Assembly (NCBI GenBank): GCA_049852185.1
Contig: CP187540.1
Direction: 5' to 3' (one strand)
DNA: 64,000 nt
Origin: Methanocaldococcus sp. 28A
GTDB taxonomy: Archaea > AGJL01 > Methanococci > Methanococcales > Methanocaldococcaceae
Shown here: positions 10,984 to 21,602 of the stretch, in pieces
How the letters are laid out: the number at the start of each line of letters is the position of its first letter
How positions within the stretch are numbered: position 1 is the stretch's first letter
Program-made: the position numbers and the translations under genes
The notes under the pieces: model-generated
Told to the model about the DNA's origin: nothing
Databases searched by the model: none
The model's input: only the letters and a program-made list of their open reading frames with translations

Positions 10984-12807
10984 GTGAGAATAATGGATGT
11001 CAAAAGTAAGTTATCAATTTTATTTTTAATTTTATATATTATATTAGGAGCATTTATTCAATATAATGGAATATCACAATTTAAATCTTTACCTTCTCCA
11101 ATTTATGGAGGGGATTACTATTATCAGATGGGGGTTATTTGGCATATTAGAGAGGGAGGTAATCCATTAGAAAGTTCATCAATGCTTGGTGGAATGCCAG
11201 GTTATTTACCTGTCTATGGCTATTTATGTGCTAAATTTTGTGATTTGTTAAATTTAGATACAATGAAAGGAATGTTTTATTTTTCAATAGTTATATTTAT
11301 TCTTAGTAGTATTATATGGTTTTATTTATTTAGAATTTTATTTAAAGATGATTGGATTGCATTAATTGGAGTGGTTTTAGCTAATGGGATAAGTTCATAT
11401 CCAATATTAAAATATACTAACTTTACTCACCAAATTATGCTACCTTTATTTGTTATTGCTCTATATTTAGCATTTAAAGAAAGAAAGATAATTCATTATG
11501 CTTTGTTGGGATTAATTTATGGTTTATTAACCCTATCTCACATGGTTGCATTTGTTGGAGCTACTTTGATATTATTAATTTTCATAGTCTATGAAATATA
11601 TAAAAATAGAGATAGAATTATTGACTATTTAAAAGAAAATATAGTAAAATGGGGGATTTTTGGTATTATCGCTGTGCCTATATTGATGCTTTACTGGTAT
11701 AAACCGTTATTTGTATATCATCTTCATAGCTATTATGATAGAGTACATATGGATACTATAGATTTTGGTAGGTTAGATGTACAAATAAGCTTTTTATTAG
11801 ATATGATTAAAACATATTTATTAAATTTTTCATCTATTGGAGCTATTATAAGCACTTTATTAGTTTGGTTGGGGATATATGCATATTATAAATCAGAAAA
11901 TAGTATAGAGAAAGAGTTTATTAAAATATTTGGAACTGGTTCTTTATTTGCTACATTTTGTTATTTCATAACTGAACCCCTGCTTAAAATTAACTTTGTC
12001 CCAACATATATGCAAGGATTTTATTTATGGTTGTTAGCTATCCTTATAGGGCTATTTGGATTAAAATATATAAAAGAGCACTTTAAACTATATGATAATA
12101 AAAATATTATTGTATTTGGAGTTTTATTTATTCTATTATTTGCTAACACTACCTTTGCATTTATTGATTATATAAACAATAATAAATGGGCTAAGGTAGG
12201 AAAATATCCAATGCCTGAAGTATATCAATCCTTACAACAATATTTATTAACACATACAGATGTAAATGATGTAATCTTATCAACTAAAGAATTAAGCTTT
12301 GTAATTAATTCAATTAGTGGAAGAAAGGTAATGGTTGATAGGTGGGCACAACAAAATAACCCTTACATTAACTTACCTCAAAGAGATATGGATGCCGCTA
12401 TAATATTATATGGAAATGATACAAAGAAAAAATTGGAGTTAATTAAAAAGTATAAGGTAAAGTATCTATATTGGGACTATTATTGGATTAATTCTGAGTT
12501 TCAATTTGATAAATATGGGCGAATTATTGGAATTTATGACCCATTAATGACTTATGATACAAAAGAAAATAGAGAATATCTAGATAAATATGGAGTTAAA
12601 TATATCCCAATGTATTATTGGATAGACCCATCTACGAGGTATCCAAATGTTAGGAAGTTTCATATTTTAATTATATCTCCACAAAACTACTATAACTTCA
12701 CAAACCCTTGGAAACCTGATTTAAATAAATATTTAGTAGAAGTTTGGAATTATACATATAATGGTCAAAAAATTGCTGTATTGTATAAAATAAATATCAG
12801 CCATTAG
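10984..12807 (+). CDS. Polytopic membrane protein, probable GT-C-fold glycosyltransferase
   Basis: More than 10 hydrophobic segments, first-loop GGDYYYQ, soluble C-terminal domain DVILS..SGRK. Confidence 0.6.
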   Translation: MRIMDVKSKLSILFLILYIILGAFIQYNGISQFKSLPSPIYGGDYYYQMGVIWHIREGGNPLESSSMLGGMPGYLPVYGYLCAKFCDLLNLDTMKGMFYFSIVIFILSSIIWFYLFRILFKDDWIALIGVVLANGISSYPILKYTNFTHQIMLPLFVIALYLAFKERKIIHYALLGLIYGLLTLSHMVAFVGATLILLIFIVYEIYKNRDRIIDYLKENIVKWGIFGIIAVPILMLYWYKPLFVYHLHSYYDRVHMDTIDFGRLDVQISFLLDMIKTYLLNFSSIGAIISTLLVWLGIYAYYKSENSIEKEFIKIFGTGSLFATFCYFITEPLLKINFVPTYMQGFYLWLLAILIGLFGLKYIKEHFKLYDNKNIIVFGVLFILLFANTTFAFIDYINNNKWAKVGKYPMPEVYQSLQQYLLTHTDVNDVILSTKELSFVINSISGRKVMVDRWAQQNNPYINLPQRDMDAAIILYGNDTKKKLELIKKYKVKYLYWDYYWINSEFQFDKYGRIIGIYDPLMTYDTKENREYLDKYGVKYIPMYYWIDPSTRYPNVRKFHILIISPQNYYNFTNPWKPDLNKYLVEVWNYTYNGQKIAVLYKINISH

Positions 12808-12848
12808 GTAGAAGTTGTCAAGATAAAAAATAAATAAGTAAATGTAAA

Positions 12849-12960
12849 TATAGTTGTGTGCAAAATAAAATAAACTATTATAAGGACAATTTGAATGCCT
12901 TCCTTATGGAGTATTCTTTAATACCTTATTTTATTTAAAATAGTTTTGCACACAACTATA
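12849..12960. repeat. Palindromic repeat family A, copy 2
   Basis: TATAGTTGTGTGCAAAA...TTTTGCACACAACTATA, 112 bp, nearly identical to 14643-14754. Confidence 0.92.
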
Positions 12961-12964
12961 AAAG

Positions 12965-13248
12965 AAGATATGAAACTTACTATAGAAGTAATATCTCTGT
13001 TAAGTCTTCCATAGCTCTTAACGATATTTCTAAAAACTCCTTAATAACAGAAACTTTAAGTAATAGTTCGATAGTATATTTTCTTGGCTTCAAACCTTTG
13101 GGTAATTTAATATCCTCTATAATCTCATCAAAAACTTCTAATATATCGTTTATATCATATATCTTCGTGTCTCATCTTTTCGCTACAATATTTTTTATTG
13201 TTATTATATTAATATATAAATATTACTCGATTTTAGACACGCTCTTAA
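12965..13248 (-). mobile_element. Truncated IS (IS5-like DDE) left end with transposase N-terminus remnant
   Basis: ~230 bp near-duplicate of 61545-61750; minus frame reads DILEVFDEIIEDIKLPKGLKPRKYTIELLLKVSVIKEFLEISLRAME; terminus CGATTTTAGACACGCTCTTA. Confidence 0.7.
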
Positions 13249-13281
13249 TAAAAAAAATATTTAAAAAAATAAAAATTTCTT

Positions 13282-14412
13282 TTATTTCTTTTTTTTATTT
13301 TTTTTAATAACAATCATCCTATCTGTACATGTAAAGCATGGGTCACAGCTTGCAATAATCAATTCAGCATCTGAAACATGATGTCCCGGTAAGATAGCTT
13401 CCATACAAGCTAAGTTAGTTGCTGTTGGTGTTCTAACTTTTGCCTGCCTAACTCTTCCATTTTCATCTAAACCATAGGAATAATAAACCTGCCCTCTTTG
13501 GGCTTCATTATATATATCTATTGGTTTAAATTCTTTTAATTCATAGTTTGGATTATATATTCTCTTATCTAAGTTTGGCAAGTCCTTTAACCCCTGTCTA
13601 ATTATTTTAATGCTTTCAAAACACTCATAAAATCTTACAGCCAATCTGCTAAAAACATCTCCATCATCAAATAAAACTTCTTCAAACTCAAAGTTGTCAT
13701 AAACTGGAACCTGCCCCTTTTTTCTCATATCACAAGAAATTCCACTACCTCTTGCAGTAGGTCCTAATGCATGCAATTTTTTAGCAGTTTTTTTATCTAA
13801 AACACCAACATCTTTAACTCTCGCCATAATCATTGGGTCATTTACTGTCCTATCTAACAATTTTTTTACGTTTTCTTCAAACTTTTTTAGTCTCTCTAAT
13901 AATGCAGGAATTTTACTCTCATTTATATTACATCTCGGTCTAATTCCTCCTATTATTGGGCATGAGTATTGAGCTCTTCCTCCAGTAATCTCTCCTAAAA
14001 TTTGCATTATTGGCTCTCTAATCATAAATGCTCTAAAAGCCATAGTCTCAAAACCTAAAACTTCAAATGCATGCCCAAACAATAAAGTGTGAGACTGTAA
14101 CCTCTCCAATTCTTCAACTATAGCCCTTATATACTCAGCCCTCTCTGGAACTTCTATATCACATCCTCTTTCAGTAACCATTACATTACACCATACATGA
14201 ATGTGAGAGCAGATTCCACAAATCTTTTCTGATAATATACTAACTTTCTCTGGAGGTAATCCTTCCATAATAAGTTCTATCCCTCTATAATTAACACCAA
14301 TTACTAATTCAGCCTCTTTTATAATTTCATCTTCAATAAATAATCTTAATCTGTGAGGTTCAAGCATTGTTGGATGAACTGGACCTATAGCTATTTCTCC
14401 CTCATACTTCAT
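13282..14412 (-). CDS. Group 4 energy-converting [NiFe]-hydrogenase large subunit (Ehb-type)
   Basis: GPVHP..EP, L1 KICGICS..H, L2 [10 protein letters not shown] plus short C-terminal extension. Confidence 0.88.
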   Translation of the reverse strand: MKYEGEIAIGPVHPTMLEPHRLRLFIEDEIIKEAELVIGVNYRGIELIMEGLPPEKVSILSEKICGICSHIHVWCNVMVTERGCDIEVPERAEYIRAIVEELERLQSHTLLFGHAFEVLGFETMAFRAFMIREPIMQILGEITGGRAQYSCPIIGGIRPRCNINESKIPALLERLKKFEENVKKLLDRTVNDPMIMARVKDVGVLDKKTAKKLHALGPTARGSGISCDMRKKGQVPVYDNFEFEEVLFDDGDVFSRLAVRFYECFESIKIIRQGLKDLPNLDKRIYNPNYELKEFKPIDIYNEAQRGQVYYSYGLDENGRVRQAKVRTPTATNLACMEAILPGHHVSDAELIIASCDPCFTCTDRMIVIKKNKKKK

Positions 14413-14473
14413 GAACAACACCTAATAATTATAAACATTGATTAGACATATTATATGACCTACCAACAATGAG

Positions 14474-14566
14474 TATAGAACTTTCGCAGTTTATATATTA
14501 AATAAGGTATTTAGATGCCTTTGGCATCAAAGTTCATTATTATTAGTTACTCCTACGAAACTCATA
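14474..14566. repeat. Palindromic repeat family B
   Basis: TATAGAACTTTCGCAG left end, central GATGCC-TTT-GGCATC hairpin, decayed right end CTACGAAACTCATA. Confidence 0.7.
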
Positions 14567-14642
14567 ATAATTTATCATAATTAATAATGATAATTTACCT
14601 AACCTTTTATATACTTTTGTTTTAATAAACATATTAGATTTT

Positions 14643-14754
14643 TATAGTTGTGTGCAAAATAAAATAAACTTTTATAAGGACAATTTGAATGCCTTCCTTA
14701 TGGAGTATTCTTTAATACCTTATTTTATTTAAAATAGTTTTGCATACAACTATA
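14643..14754. repeat. Palindromic repeat family A, copy 3
   Basis: Same termini and body as 12849-12960. Confidence 0.92.
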
Positions 14755-14788
14755 TTTTTATAAAATTATTAAAAATCTGGTGATTGTT

Positions 14789-16069
14789 ATGACTCAAATG
14801 GACGATGCAAAGAATGGAATTATCACAGAAGAGATGAAAATTGTTGCTGAAAATGAAAAAATTGACGCTGAAAAACTTAGAAAGCTTATAGCAAAAGGTT
14901 ATGTTATTATTCCAAAAAATGTTAATAGGGATACTACACCCATAGGAATTGGGCAGTTTTTAAGAACTAAAGTAAATGCAAACATTGGAACTTCTCCAGA
15001 TTGTGTTGATATTGACTTAGAGATAAAAAAGGCAAAGATTGCTGAAAAGTATGGGGCAGATGCAGTAATGGATTTGAGTACTGGAGGTAATTTGGATGAG
15101 ATAAGAAAAGCTATAATGAAGGCAGTTAAAATCCCTATTGGAACAGTTCCAATTTACGAAGTTGGAAAATTAGCGAGAGAGAAATATGGAAGAGTCGTTG
15201 ATATGAATGAAGATTTAATGTTCAATGTAATTGAAAAACAGGCAAAAGAAGGAGTAGATTTTATGACATTGCATTGTGGTATAACTAAGCAATCAGTTGA
15301 AAGGTTAAAGAATAGCAAAAGAATAATGGGTGTTGTAAGTAGAGGGGGGGCTTTTTTAACAGCTTATATATTATATCACAATGAAGAAAATCCATTATAT
15401 AAAAACTTTGATTATTTATTAGATATTCTTAAAGAGTATGATGTAACTATAAGCTTAGGAGATGGAATGAGACCTGGATGCTTAGCAGATAACACAGACA
15501 GAGCTCAAATTGAAGAACTAATTATTTTAGGGGAGTTAGTTGATAGATGTAGAGAAAAAGGAGTTCAATGTATGGTAGAAGGGCCTGGACATGTTCCTCT
15601 AAATTATATAGAAACAAACATCAGATTGCAGAAAAGTTTGTGTAAAAATGCACCATTCTACGTTTTAGGGCCGATAGTTACAGATATAGCACCTGGTTAT
15701 GACCACATTACATCCGCAATTGGTGGAGCTTTAGCTGGTTACTATGGAGCTGATTTCCTCTGCTATGTGACTCCAAGTGAGCATTTAAGATTGCCTACAA
15801 TAGACGATGTTAAAGAAGGAGTTATAGCCACTAAAATAGCCGCTCAAGCTGCTGATGTTGCTAAAGGCAATAAATTAGCATGGAAGAAAGAGATAGAGAT
15901 GGCTCACGCAAGAAAAAATCATAATTGGGAAAAGCAGTTTGAATTAGCAATAGATAAAGAGAAAGCAAGAAATATGAGAGAAGAAATTCCTTCAAAAGAT
16001 AAGAGGGCTTGTTCAATTTGTGGAGATTACTGTGCTTTGTTGATGGTTGAAGAATTAGGGAAAAGATAA
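14789..16069 (+). CDS. thiC: Phosphomethylpyrimidine synthase
   Basis: TKVNANIGTS, MDLSTGG, SRGG, EGPGH, GYDHI, CSICGDYC. Confidence 0.97.
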   Translation: MTQMDDAKNGIITEEMKIVAENEKIDAEKLRKLIAKGYVIIPKNVNRDTTPIGIGQFLRTKVNANIGTSPDCVDIDLEIKKAKIAEKYGADAVMDLSTGGNLDEIRKAIMKAVKIPIGTVPIYEVGKLAREKYGRVVDMNEDLMFNVIEKQAKEGVDFMTLHCGITKQSVERLKNSKRIMGVVSRGGAFLTAYILYHNEENPLYKNFDYLLDILKEYDVTISLGDGMRPGCLADNTDRAQIEELIILGELVDRCREKGVQCMVEGPGHVPLNYIETNIRLQKSLCKNAPFYVLGPIVTDIAPGYDHITSAIGGALAGYYGADFLCYVTPSEHLRLPTIDDVKEGVIATKIAAQAADVAKGNKLAWKKEIEMAHARKNHNWEKQFELAIDKEKARNMREEIPSKDKRACSICGDYCALLMVEELGKR

Positions 16070-16130
16070 GTTATAGTAAAACTAAATTTTATATTATATT
16101 CAAACATTAAAATATTTTTAGGTGTTTCTT

Positions 16131-17285
16131 ATGGATAAAAATGAGTTAATAACTGAAATTTTAAAAAATGAAGTTGTTAAGGCATTAGGATGCACAGAAA
16201 TTGGACTAATAGGCTATACTGTTGCTAAGGCAAAACCTGAAGATTTGTATTTAATAAAAGAGATTAAACTAATTTTAGATAAAGGAACATTTAAAAACGC
16301 TTATGCTGTTGGTGTTCCAAACACTAACAAATTTGGAATACTACCTGCAGTTGTTGGAGGTTTGTTAGGTAATAAAGAAAATAAGCTTGAAGTATTTAAA
16401 GATATAAAATATGATGAGGAATTAGAGAAATTTATAGAAAATAAGCTAAAGATAGAAGTTATTGATTCAGATGTCTATTGTAAGGTAATTATAGAAGCAG
16501 ATAAAACTTATGAAGCTGAAACTAAAGGTAGCCATTCAGGGAAGGTTATAGATGAAAGTTTAAAAAATGCATACAAAAACTTAACTCTCAAAGATTTCAT
16601 TGATTATATTGAAGATATTCCAGAAGATATTGTTAATATTATAAAAGAAACAATAGAAACAAACAAAAACTTATCAACACCAGAAGTTCCCGAAGATTTT
16701 ATCAATCTAAGTTTAGATGATGAATCACTAAATTATATGCTTAAAAAAACCATCTCAGCAGTTTATAACAGAATGATTGGCATTAATAAACCAGCTATGG
16801 CTATTGCAGGTAGCGGAAATATGGGATTAACAGCTACTTTACCAATAATTGCTTATGATGAGATAAAAGGAAATGATGAAGAGAAATTAATAAAATCTAT
16901 CACATTATCTACTTTAACCACTATATATTCAGCTTATTATTCATCCTACATCTCAGCAATGTGTGGATGTGTAAATAGAGGAGGGATTGGAGCAGTTTCT
17001 GGTTTATCCTATTATATTTTTGGAGCAGATAAAATTGAAGAAAGCATTAAGAGCTTTACGGCTAATCTTCCAGGTATTATTTGTGATGGAGGAAAAATTG
17101 GATGTGCTCTAAAAATTGCTTCAGGCATCTTTGCAATATATTTGTCTTTATACTCTAAACTTCCTTACACAAATGGAATTGTTGGAAAGGACTTTAAGGA
17201 ATGCATAGAGAATATTGGAAAAATTGGTAAGGCAATGGAACCTGTTGATGATGTGATAATAGAGATATTGAAAAATAAAAGATAG
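16131..17285 (+). CDS. cdsB: L-cysteine desulfidase
   Basis: ALGCTE, GSGNMG, SAMCGC, ICDGGKIGCALK. Confidence 0.88.
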   Translation: MDKNELITEILKNEVVKALGCTEIGLIGYTVAKAKPEDLYLIKEIKLILDKGTFKNAYAVGVPNTNKFGILPAVVGGLLGNKENKLEVFKDIKYDEELEKFIENKLKIEVIDSDVYCKVIIEADKTYEAETKGSHSGKVIDESLKNAYKNLTLKDFIDYIEDIPEDIVNIIKETIETNKNLSTPEVPEDFINLSLDDESLNYMLKKTISAVYNRMIGINKPAMAIAGSGNMGLTATLPIIAYDEIKGNDEEKLIKSITLSTLTTIYSAYYSSYISAMCGCVNRGGIGAVSGLSYYIFGADKIEESIKSFTANLPGIICDGGKIGCALKIASGIFAIYLSLYSKLPYTNGIVGKDFKECIENIGKIGKAMEPVDDVIIEILKNKR

Positions 17286-17287
17286 AT

Positions 17288-18481
17288 TTATCTTTTAAAT
17301 ATAATTTTTAATGCCTTCTTTAATGTTAAATTTTCCTCATACAACAAAACACCGATTTTAAACAGCTTTATTGATAAGATAAACGATACAGCTATACTAA
17401 TAATCATAATAGCTGTTGATAATGCTATTTCTGTTGAAGGTAGTTGAGTTACACTTTCCCTTAAAACTACTGTATATGGAGCAGTAAATGGAATATATGA
17501 AAGGATTTTAGCCATGTAATGATTTGGATTAACCATTATCGTGTTCATAAACATTATTGGAATAATTTGTATAATCATTATTGGGGATATTAGTTGAGAG
17601 GCATCTTTTGGATGAGTAAATAGGGAAGAGATTCCACATAATAAAGAGGAATAAAATAAATATCCCAATATAAAATAAAGCAGAGCTAAGAATGCTAAAT
17701 ATAGAGAAACTTTAACAGCAAAGATTAATATTACAGGTAAAGCGAATAATAGCCAAATACTTATTTGCACTAAACCTACTACTGAAATTCCTAATATTTT
17801 ACCAAACATTAAGTTTTCAGATGATGCATAACATAATAAAAGCTCCATAATTCTGTTTTGCTTCTCTTCGATAGTTGATGAGACTATAAGCCCTGATAAA
17901 GAAGAGATGGCCATATAAAGTAAAAATACAAAACCTATTGGTAATAATTGAGTTAATAGATTTTCTTTTTCAAATCCTTTCTCAGATACTGAATAAATCT
18001 CAAGATTCAATGGATTTACAACTCTGTTATATGTCTCATTATCCACCTTACCTTTTAAAAGCTTTTTTAGTAAAAAGTCCTTTAAAGTATCTATAATTAT
18101 AGGATTTGGGGACTTTGTTGTAGAATAAATAATTATTTTTCCTGATTTTAAATAATCATTTGGAATAAATATTAAAACATCTATGCTTTTATTTAAAACA
18201 GCTTCTTTACCTTCTTTAATATTATCGTATTTTATAAAATATATAGTTGTATTTTTTCCAAAATTATTTTTTATAACCTTATTTGGAATATTCAAGCCGA
18301 ATTCATCAACATATCCAACTTTTATCTCTTTAACTTCAAACATCATAAAACTTCCAATTATTGCTAAGACAATTATAATTAAAGGAACGACAACTGTGGC
18401 TATTAAAAACTGTTTTCTTTTTATATTGCTGAGAATTTCTCTCTTTCCAATAGTTAAAATTTTTTTAATATCAACTTTCAT
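17288..18481 (-). CDS. ABC-2 type transporter permease (NatB-like)
   Basis: EEKQNRIMELLL, GKILG, multiple TM helices; adjacent to ABC ATPase. Confidence 0.88.
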   Translation of the reverse strand: MKVDIKKILTIGKREILSNIKRKQFLIATVVVPLIIIVLAIIGSFMMFEVKEIKVGYVDEFGLNIPNKVIKNNFGKNTTIYFIKYDNIKEGKEAVLNKSIDVLIFIPNDYLKSGKIIIYSTTKSPNPIIIDTLKDFLLKKLLKGKVDNETYNRVVNPLNLEIYSVSEKGFEKENLLTQLLPIGFVFLLYMAISSLSGLIVSSTIEEKQNRIMELLLCYASSENLMFGKILGISVVGLVQISIWLLFALPVILIFAVKVSLYLAFLALLYFILGYLFYSSLLCGISSLFTHPKDASQLISPIMIIQIIPIMFMNTIMVNPNHYMAKILSYIPFTAPYTVVLRESVTQLPSTEIALSTAIMIISIAVSFILSIKLFKIGVLLYEENLTLKKALKIIFKR

Positions 18482-19277
18482 TATTACCACCTAAATCCAA
18501 AAATAGCTCTTCCAATGAATATCTAACTTCAAATTTAATTACATCTTCTGCCTTTTCTTTTAAAATTAAAACTCCTTCTTTATAAGGAATTTCTTTCTTT
18601 ATTAACTTTCCATTTTCTAAATACTCAATATATGCCATTTTTCTGCAAATATTTTCAATCTTTCCATAATGTATAGTTTTTCCTTTCTTTAAAATTAAAA
18701 CTCTATCACACATCCTTTCTATCTTATCCAATTGATGAGTTGATAACACAACTGTTTTCCCTTCATTTTTTAATTCAAATATTATATTTCTCAATAGCTT
18801 AACATTAACAACATCTAATCCAGAAAACGGCTCATCCAAAATAACAATATCTGGATTATGAATAACTGAAACAATAAATTGAACCTTTTGCTGATTTCCT
18901 TTAGACAACTCTTTAATTTTTGAATTTTTATAATGAGAAATGTTTAATTTATCTAACCAGTAATCAATACTTTTAGTAATCTCATCCTTATTCATTCCAG
19001 CCAATTCACCAAAAAATTTTAATACATCTACAACTTTTTCATCTCTATAGAGTCCCCTCTCTTCTGGCAAATAACCAATTTTTCCATTAACCTCTACATA
19101 GCCAGCATATTCCTCAATAATTCCTGATAATATCCTTAAAGTTGTTGTCTTTCCAGCTCCATTATGTCCCAATAATCCAAAAATCTCCCCCTCATAAACC
19201 TCAAAAGAAATCTTATCTAAGACCTTTTTATCCCCAAAGTATTTTGTTAAATCTTTCACAAGAATTATTGGTTTCAT
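18471..19277 (-). CDS. ABC transporter ATP-binding protein
   Basis: GHNGAGKTT, LSKGNQQK, ILDEPFSGLD. Confidence 0.95.
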   Translation of the reverse strand: MKPIILVKDLTKYFGDKKVLDKISFEVYEGEIFGLLGHNGAGKTTTLRILSGIIEEYAGYVEVNGKIGYLPEERGLYRDEKVVDVLKFFGELAGMNKDEITKSIDYWLDKLNISHYKNSKIKELSKGNQQKVQFIVSVIHNPDIVILDEPFSGLDVVNVKLLRNIIFELKNEGKTVVLSTHQLDKIERMCDRVLILKKGKTIHYGKIENICRKMAYIEYLENGKLIKKEIPYKEGVLILKEKAEDVIKFEVRYSLEELFLDLGGNNES

Positions 19278-19336
19278 TTTTTCACATTAATGAATTTTTT
19301 AAGCTTTTTAATGATATTAATTATTTGTTTTTTTAG

Positions 19337-19419
19337 TTAGGATTTTGTATAAATATAAATATAAACTCCTAAAAGTGTCAAAGTAATCCCTATTTTATAT
19401 AAACTACAAAAGTTCTATA
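19337..19419. repeat. Degenerate family B repeat
   Basis: ACTCCTAAAAGTGTCAAAGT and AAACTACAAAAGTTCTATA resemble the 49540-49639 copy. Confidence 0.5.
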
Positions 19420-19477
19420 TTACAACGATAATTAAAATTATTAAATTATTATAATAACCACTCATAGATGTGATAAA

Positions 19478-21091
19478 ATGCTTGAACCAATAGCCTATGA
19501 TATTGGAAGATTATGCAAAGAGAAGGATAAAGAGCTAACTCCAAAGCTAATTGACATTGATGTTAAAGCTGATGGTTTAAAGATGCCTTATGATACTTAT
19601 AGAGAATTAACACCAATATTTAAAAAATCTTTTATTGGAACTACTGAATATAAAGGTAACGAAATTAAATACCAAATACTAAACTTTGGTAAGCATGTTG
19701 ATTTAATTAACTTGGAAGATGCCGATTTATATGTTATTGCGGATGGTAGAAGGTTAATAGAAAGGAATGAGCTACAAATAATCCCAAAAATTAGAGAGAG
19801 GATATCTCCAAACTCAGCAATTTATTTCCCAGCAACATTTCCTTGGGAAATTCCTTTGTTAGTTTATATGGGTGTTGATTACTTTGATAACTCTTTAGCT
19901 AAGTTATATGCATCAATGGGTTACAAATTTACAAAAAATAGAGCTATAAAGATTGATAATTATAGCTTTGAAGAACTCTACAATATTAACAAGAAAGTTT
20001 ATGAAGAAATCTTAGAAGAAGTTAAAATATCTATAAAAAATGGATTTTTAAGGAATGTTGTTGAAGAAACTTCCATATCTCATCCATATTTATGGGCAAA
20101 TTATAGAAGGTATGTGCCAGATTTAAGAAACATCCCATTATCAAAAGAGAATAAGATTATTGTAACAACAAATATCAACATTCCAGAGGTTAAAAAATAC
20201 TTAGAGAGATTAGATAGATATGAGCCATATTCAAATGTTATAGTTTTGTTACCTTGTTCTTCAAAAAAGCCATATTCAACCTCTCAATCACATCAAAAGT
20301 TTATAAAGGCAATAAATGCCTCAAAAGTTGTTGTTGAGGAAGTTATATTAACTTCACCTTATGGTTTAGTGCCAAGGGCTTTGGAAAAATTGGTTAATTA
20401 TGACATCCCAGTAACTGGAGAATGGAGTTTTGAGGAAATAAAGCTGATAAATAACTGTTTAAAAAACTTTTTGAAGAAAGTTGAGGAAAAATTTAATGAT
20501 TATGTTGTTATAGCCCATTTGCCAGGGCATTATCTTGAAATTTTAGATTTAGATGATATTGTTATAACTTCCAAAGAAAATCCAACATCTGATGAAGCTT
20601 TAAAAAATTTAACAGATACACTAAAAAATTACAAAGAACTAACAAAAAATAAAAATATAAATAAAAGAGGGCAAAAAATCCACAACATTCAACAGCTATC
20701 AAAGTTTCAGTTTGGGATAAATTTCATCCCTAACGAAATATTTATAAATCATAGAGGACAGATATTTACAAAAGTTAATGGCAAAAATCAACAAATAGCC
20801 TCAATTAATCCAAAAAATGGTTTGCTTATATTAACCTTAAGTGGAGGAGAATTATTATGGAATATTGGGGGAAGGGATATTAATTATGTAGAGGTAAATT
20901 ATGAAATTAAAAAAGGTTCACTTTTCTCTCCAGGATTTGTTGATTGTAACGAAAATATCTCTTATAACGATGAAGTTGTTTTAATTAAAGATGATAAATT
21001 CTTAGGTATTGGGAAGGCATTAATGAGTGGATTTGAAATGAAAAAAGCTAAGCATGGGGCTTTAGTAAATATAAGAAACGTTAAAAGGTGA
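19478..21091 (+). CDS. arcS: Archaeosine synthase subunit alpha
   Basis: LLPCSSKKPYSTSQSH motif, TSPYGLVPR, YDIPVTGEW, C-terminal PUA domain. Confidence 0.9.
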   Translation: MLEPIAYDIGRLCKEKDKELTPKLIDIDVKADGLKMPYDTYRELTPIFKKSFIGTTEYKGNEIKYQILNFGKHVDLINLEDADLYVIADGRRLIERNELQIIPKIRERISPNSAIYFPATFPWEIPLLVYMGVDYFDNSLAKLYASMGYKFTKNRAIKIDNYSFEELYNINKKVYEEILEEVKISIKNGFLRNVVEETSISHPYLWANYRRYVPDLRNIPLSKENKIIVTTNINIPEVKKYLERLDRYEPYSNVIVLLPCSSKKPYSTSQSHQKFIKAINASKVVVEEVILTSPYGLVPRALEKLVNYDIPVTGEWSFEEIKLINNCLKNFLKKVEEKFNDYVVIAHLPGHYLEILDLDDIVITSKENPTSDEALKNLTDTLKNYKELTKNKNINKRGQKIHNIQQLSKFQFGINFIPNEIFINHRGQIFTKVNGKNQQIASINPKNGLLILTLSGGELLWNIGGRDINYVEVNYEIKKGSLFSPGFVDCNENISYNDEVVLIKDDKFLGIGKALMSGFEMKKAKHGALVNIRNVKR

Positions 21092-21098
21092 ATGGCTA

Positions 21099-21545
21099 AT
21101 GAAGATTGAAAAAGTAGCTGAACTACTAATAAAAGATAAAAACTTTAAAGAAAAAGAAAAATTAAAGTATTTATTAAAAGAATATATAAAAACAAAAGAC
21201 GAAATTAGTTATTTAGAAAATATTCTTGAAGATTTTGAAGAGTTAGATGTAAATCTAAACCATCTTAAAAGGGACGCGGACATTATAAAATCAATATTAC
21301 CAAGGTTAAGTAAATATACTAATATTCCTGTTTTTTTGAAAATTGTTGAAATGTTAGATATTGTTGATAGAATTGATACAAAAGAGCTTGAAGCTGTGAG
21401 ATGGAATATAAATAAAGAAATAGAAGAGCTAAATGATAAACTTAAAACAGTTGAGAATGAGTTAAAGGCTATAATAATAAATGAATCAATATCAAAAATA
21501 GGTACCTCAGATTTAGAAGAGTTTTCAAAATACTTAGAAATTTGA
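21099..21545 (+). CDS. Hypothetical coiled-coil protein (possible 3' frameshift)
   Basis: ORF with GGTGA RBS and genome-typical codon usage. Confidence 0.75.
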   Translation: MKIEKVAELLIKDKNFKEKEKLKYLLKEYIKTKDEISYLENILEDFEELDVNLNHLKRDADIIKSILPRLSKYTNIPVFLKIVEMLDIVDRIDTKELEAVRWNINKEIEELNDKLKTVENELKAIIINESISKIGTSDLEEFSKYLEI

Positions 21546-21602
21546 AATGCGAAGATAAAGAGCAAAAAGAAGAAATATGAAACTAAATAGGGCTTTTTTA
21601 TA

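Noticed and set aside
13098-13307. 69-aa + strand ORF
   Set aside because: Antisense to the transposase remnant; low complexity.
14430-14788. Possible TPP riboswitch upstream of thiC
   Set aside because: No GCTGAGA or CCTGA..GGATAAT core; the structure there is explained by the family A and B repeats.
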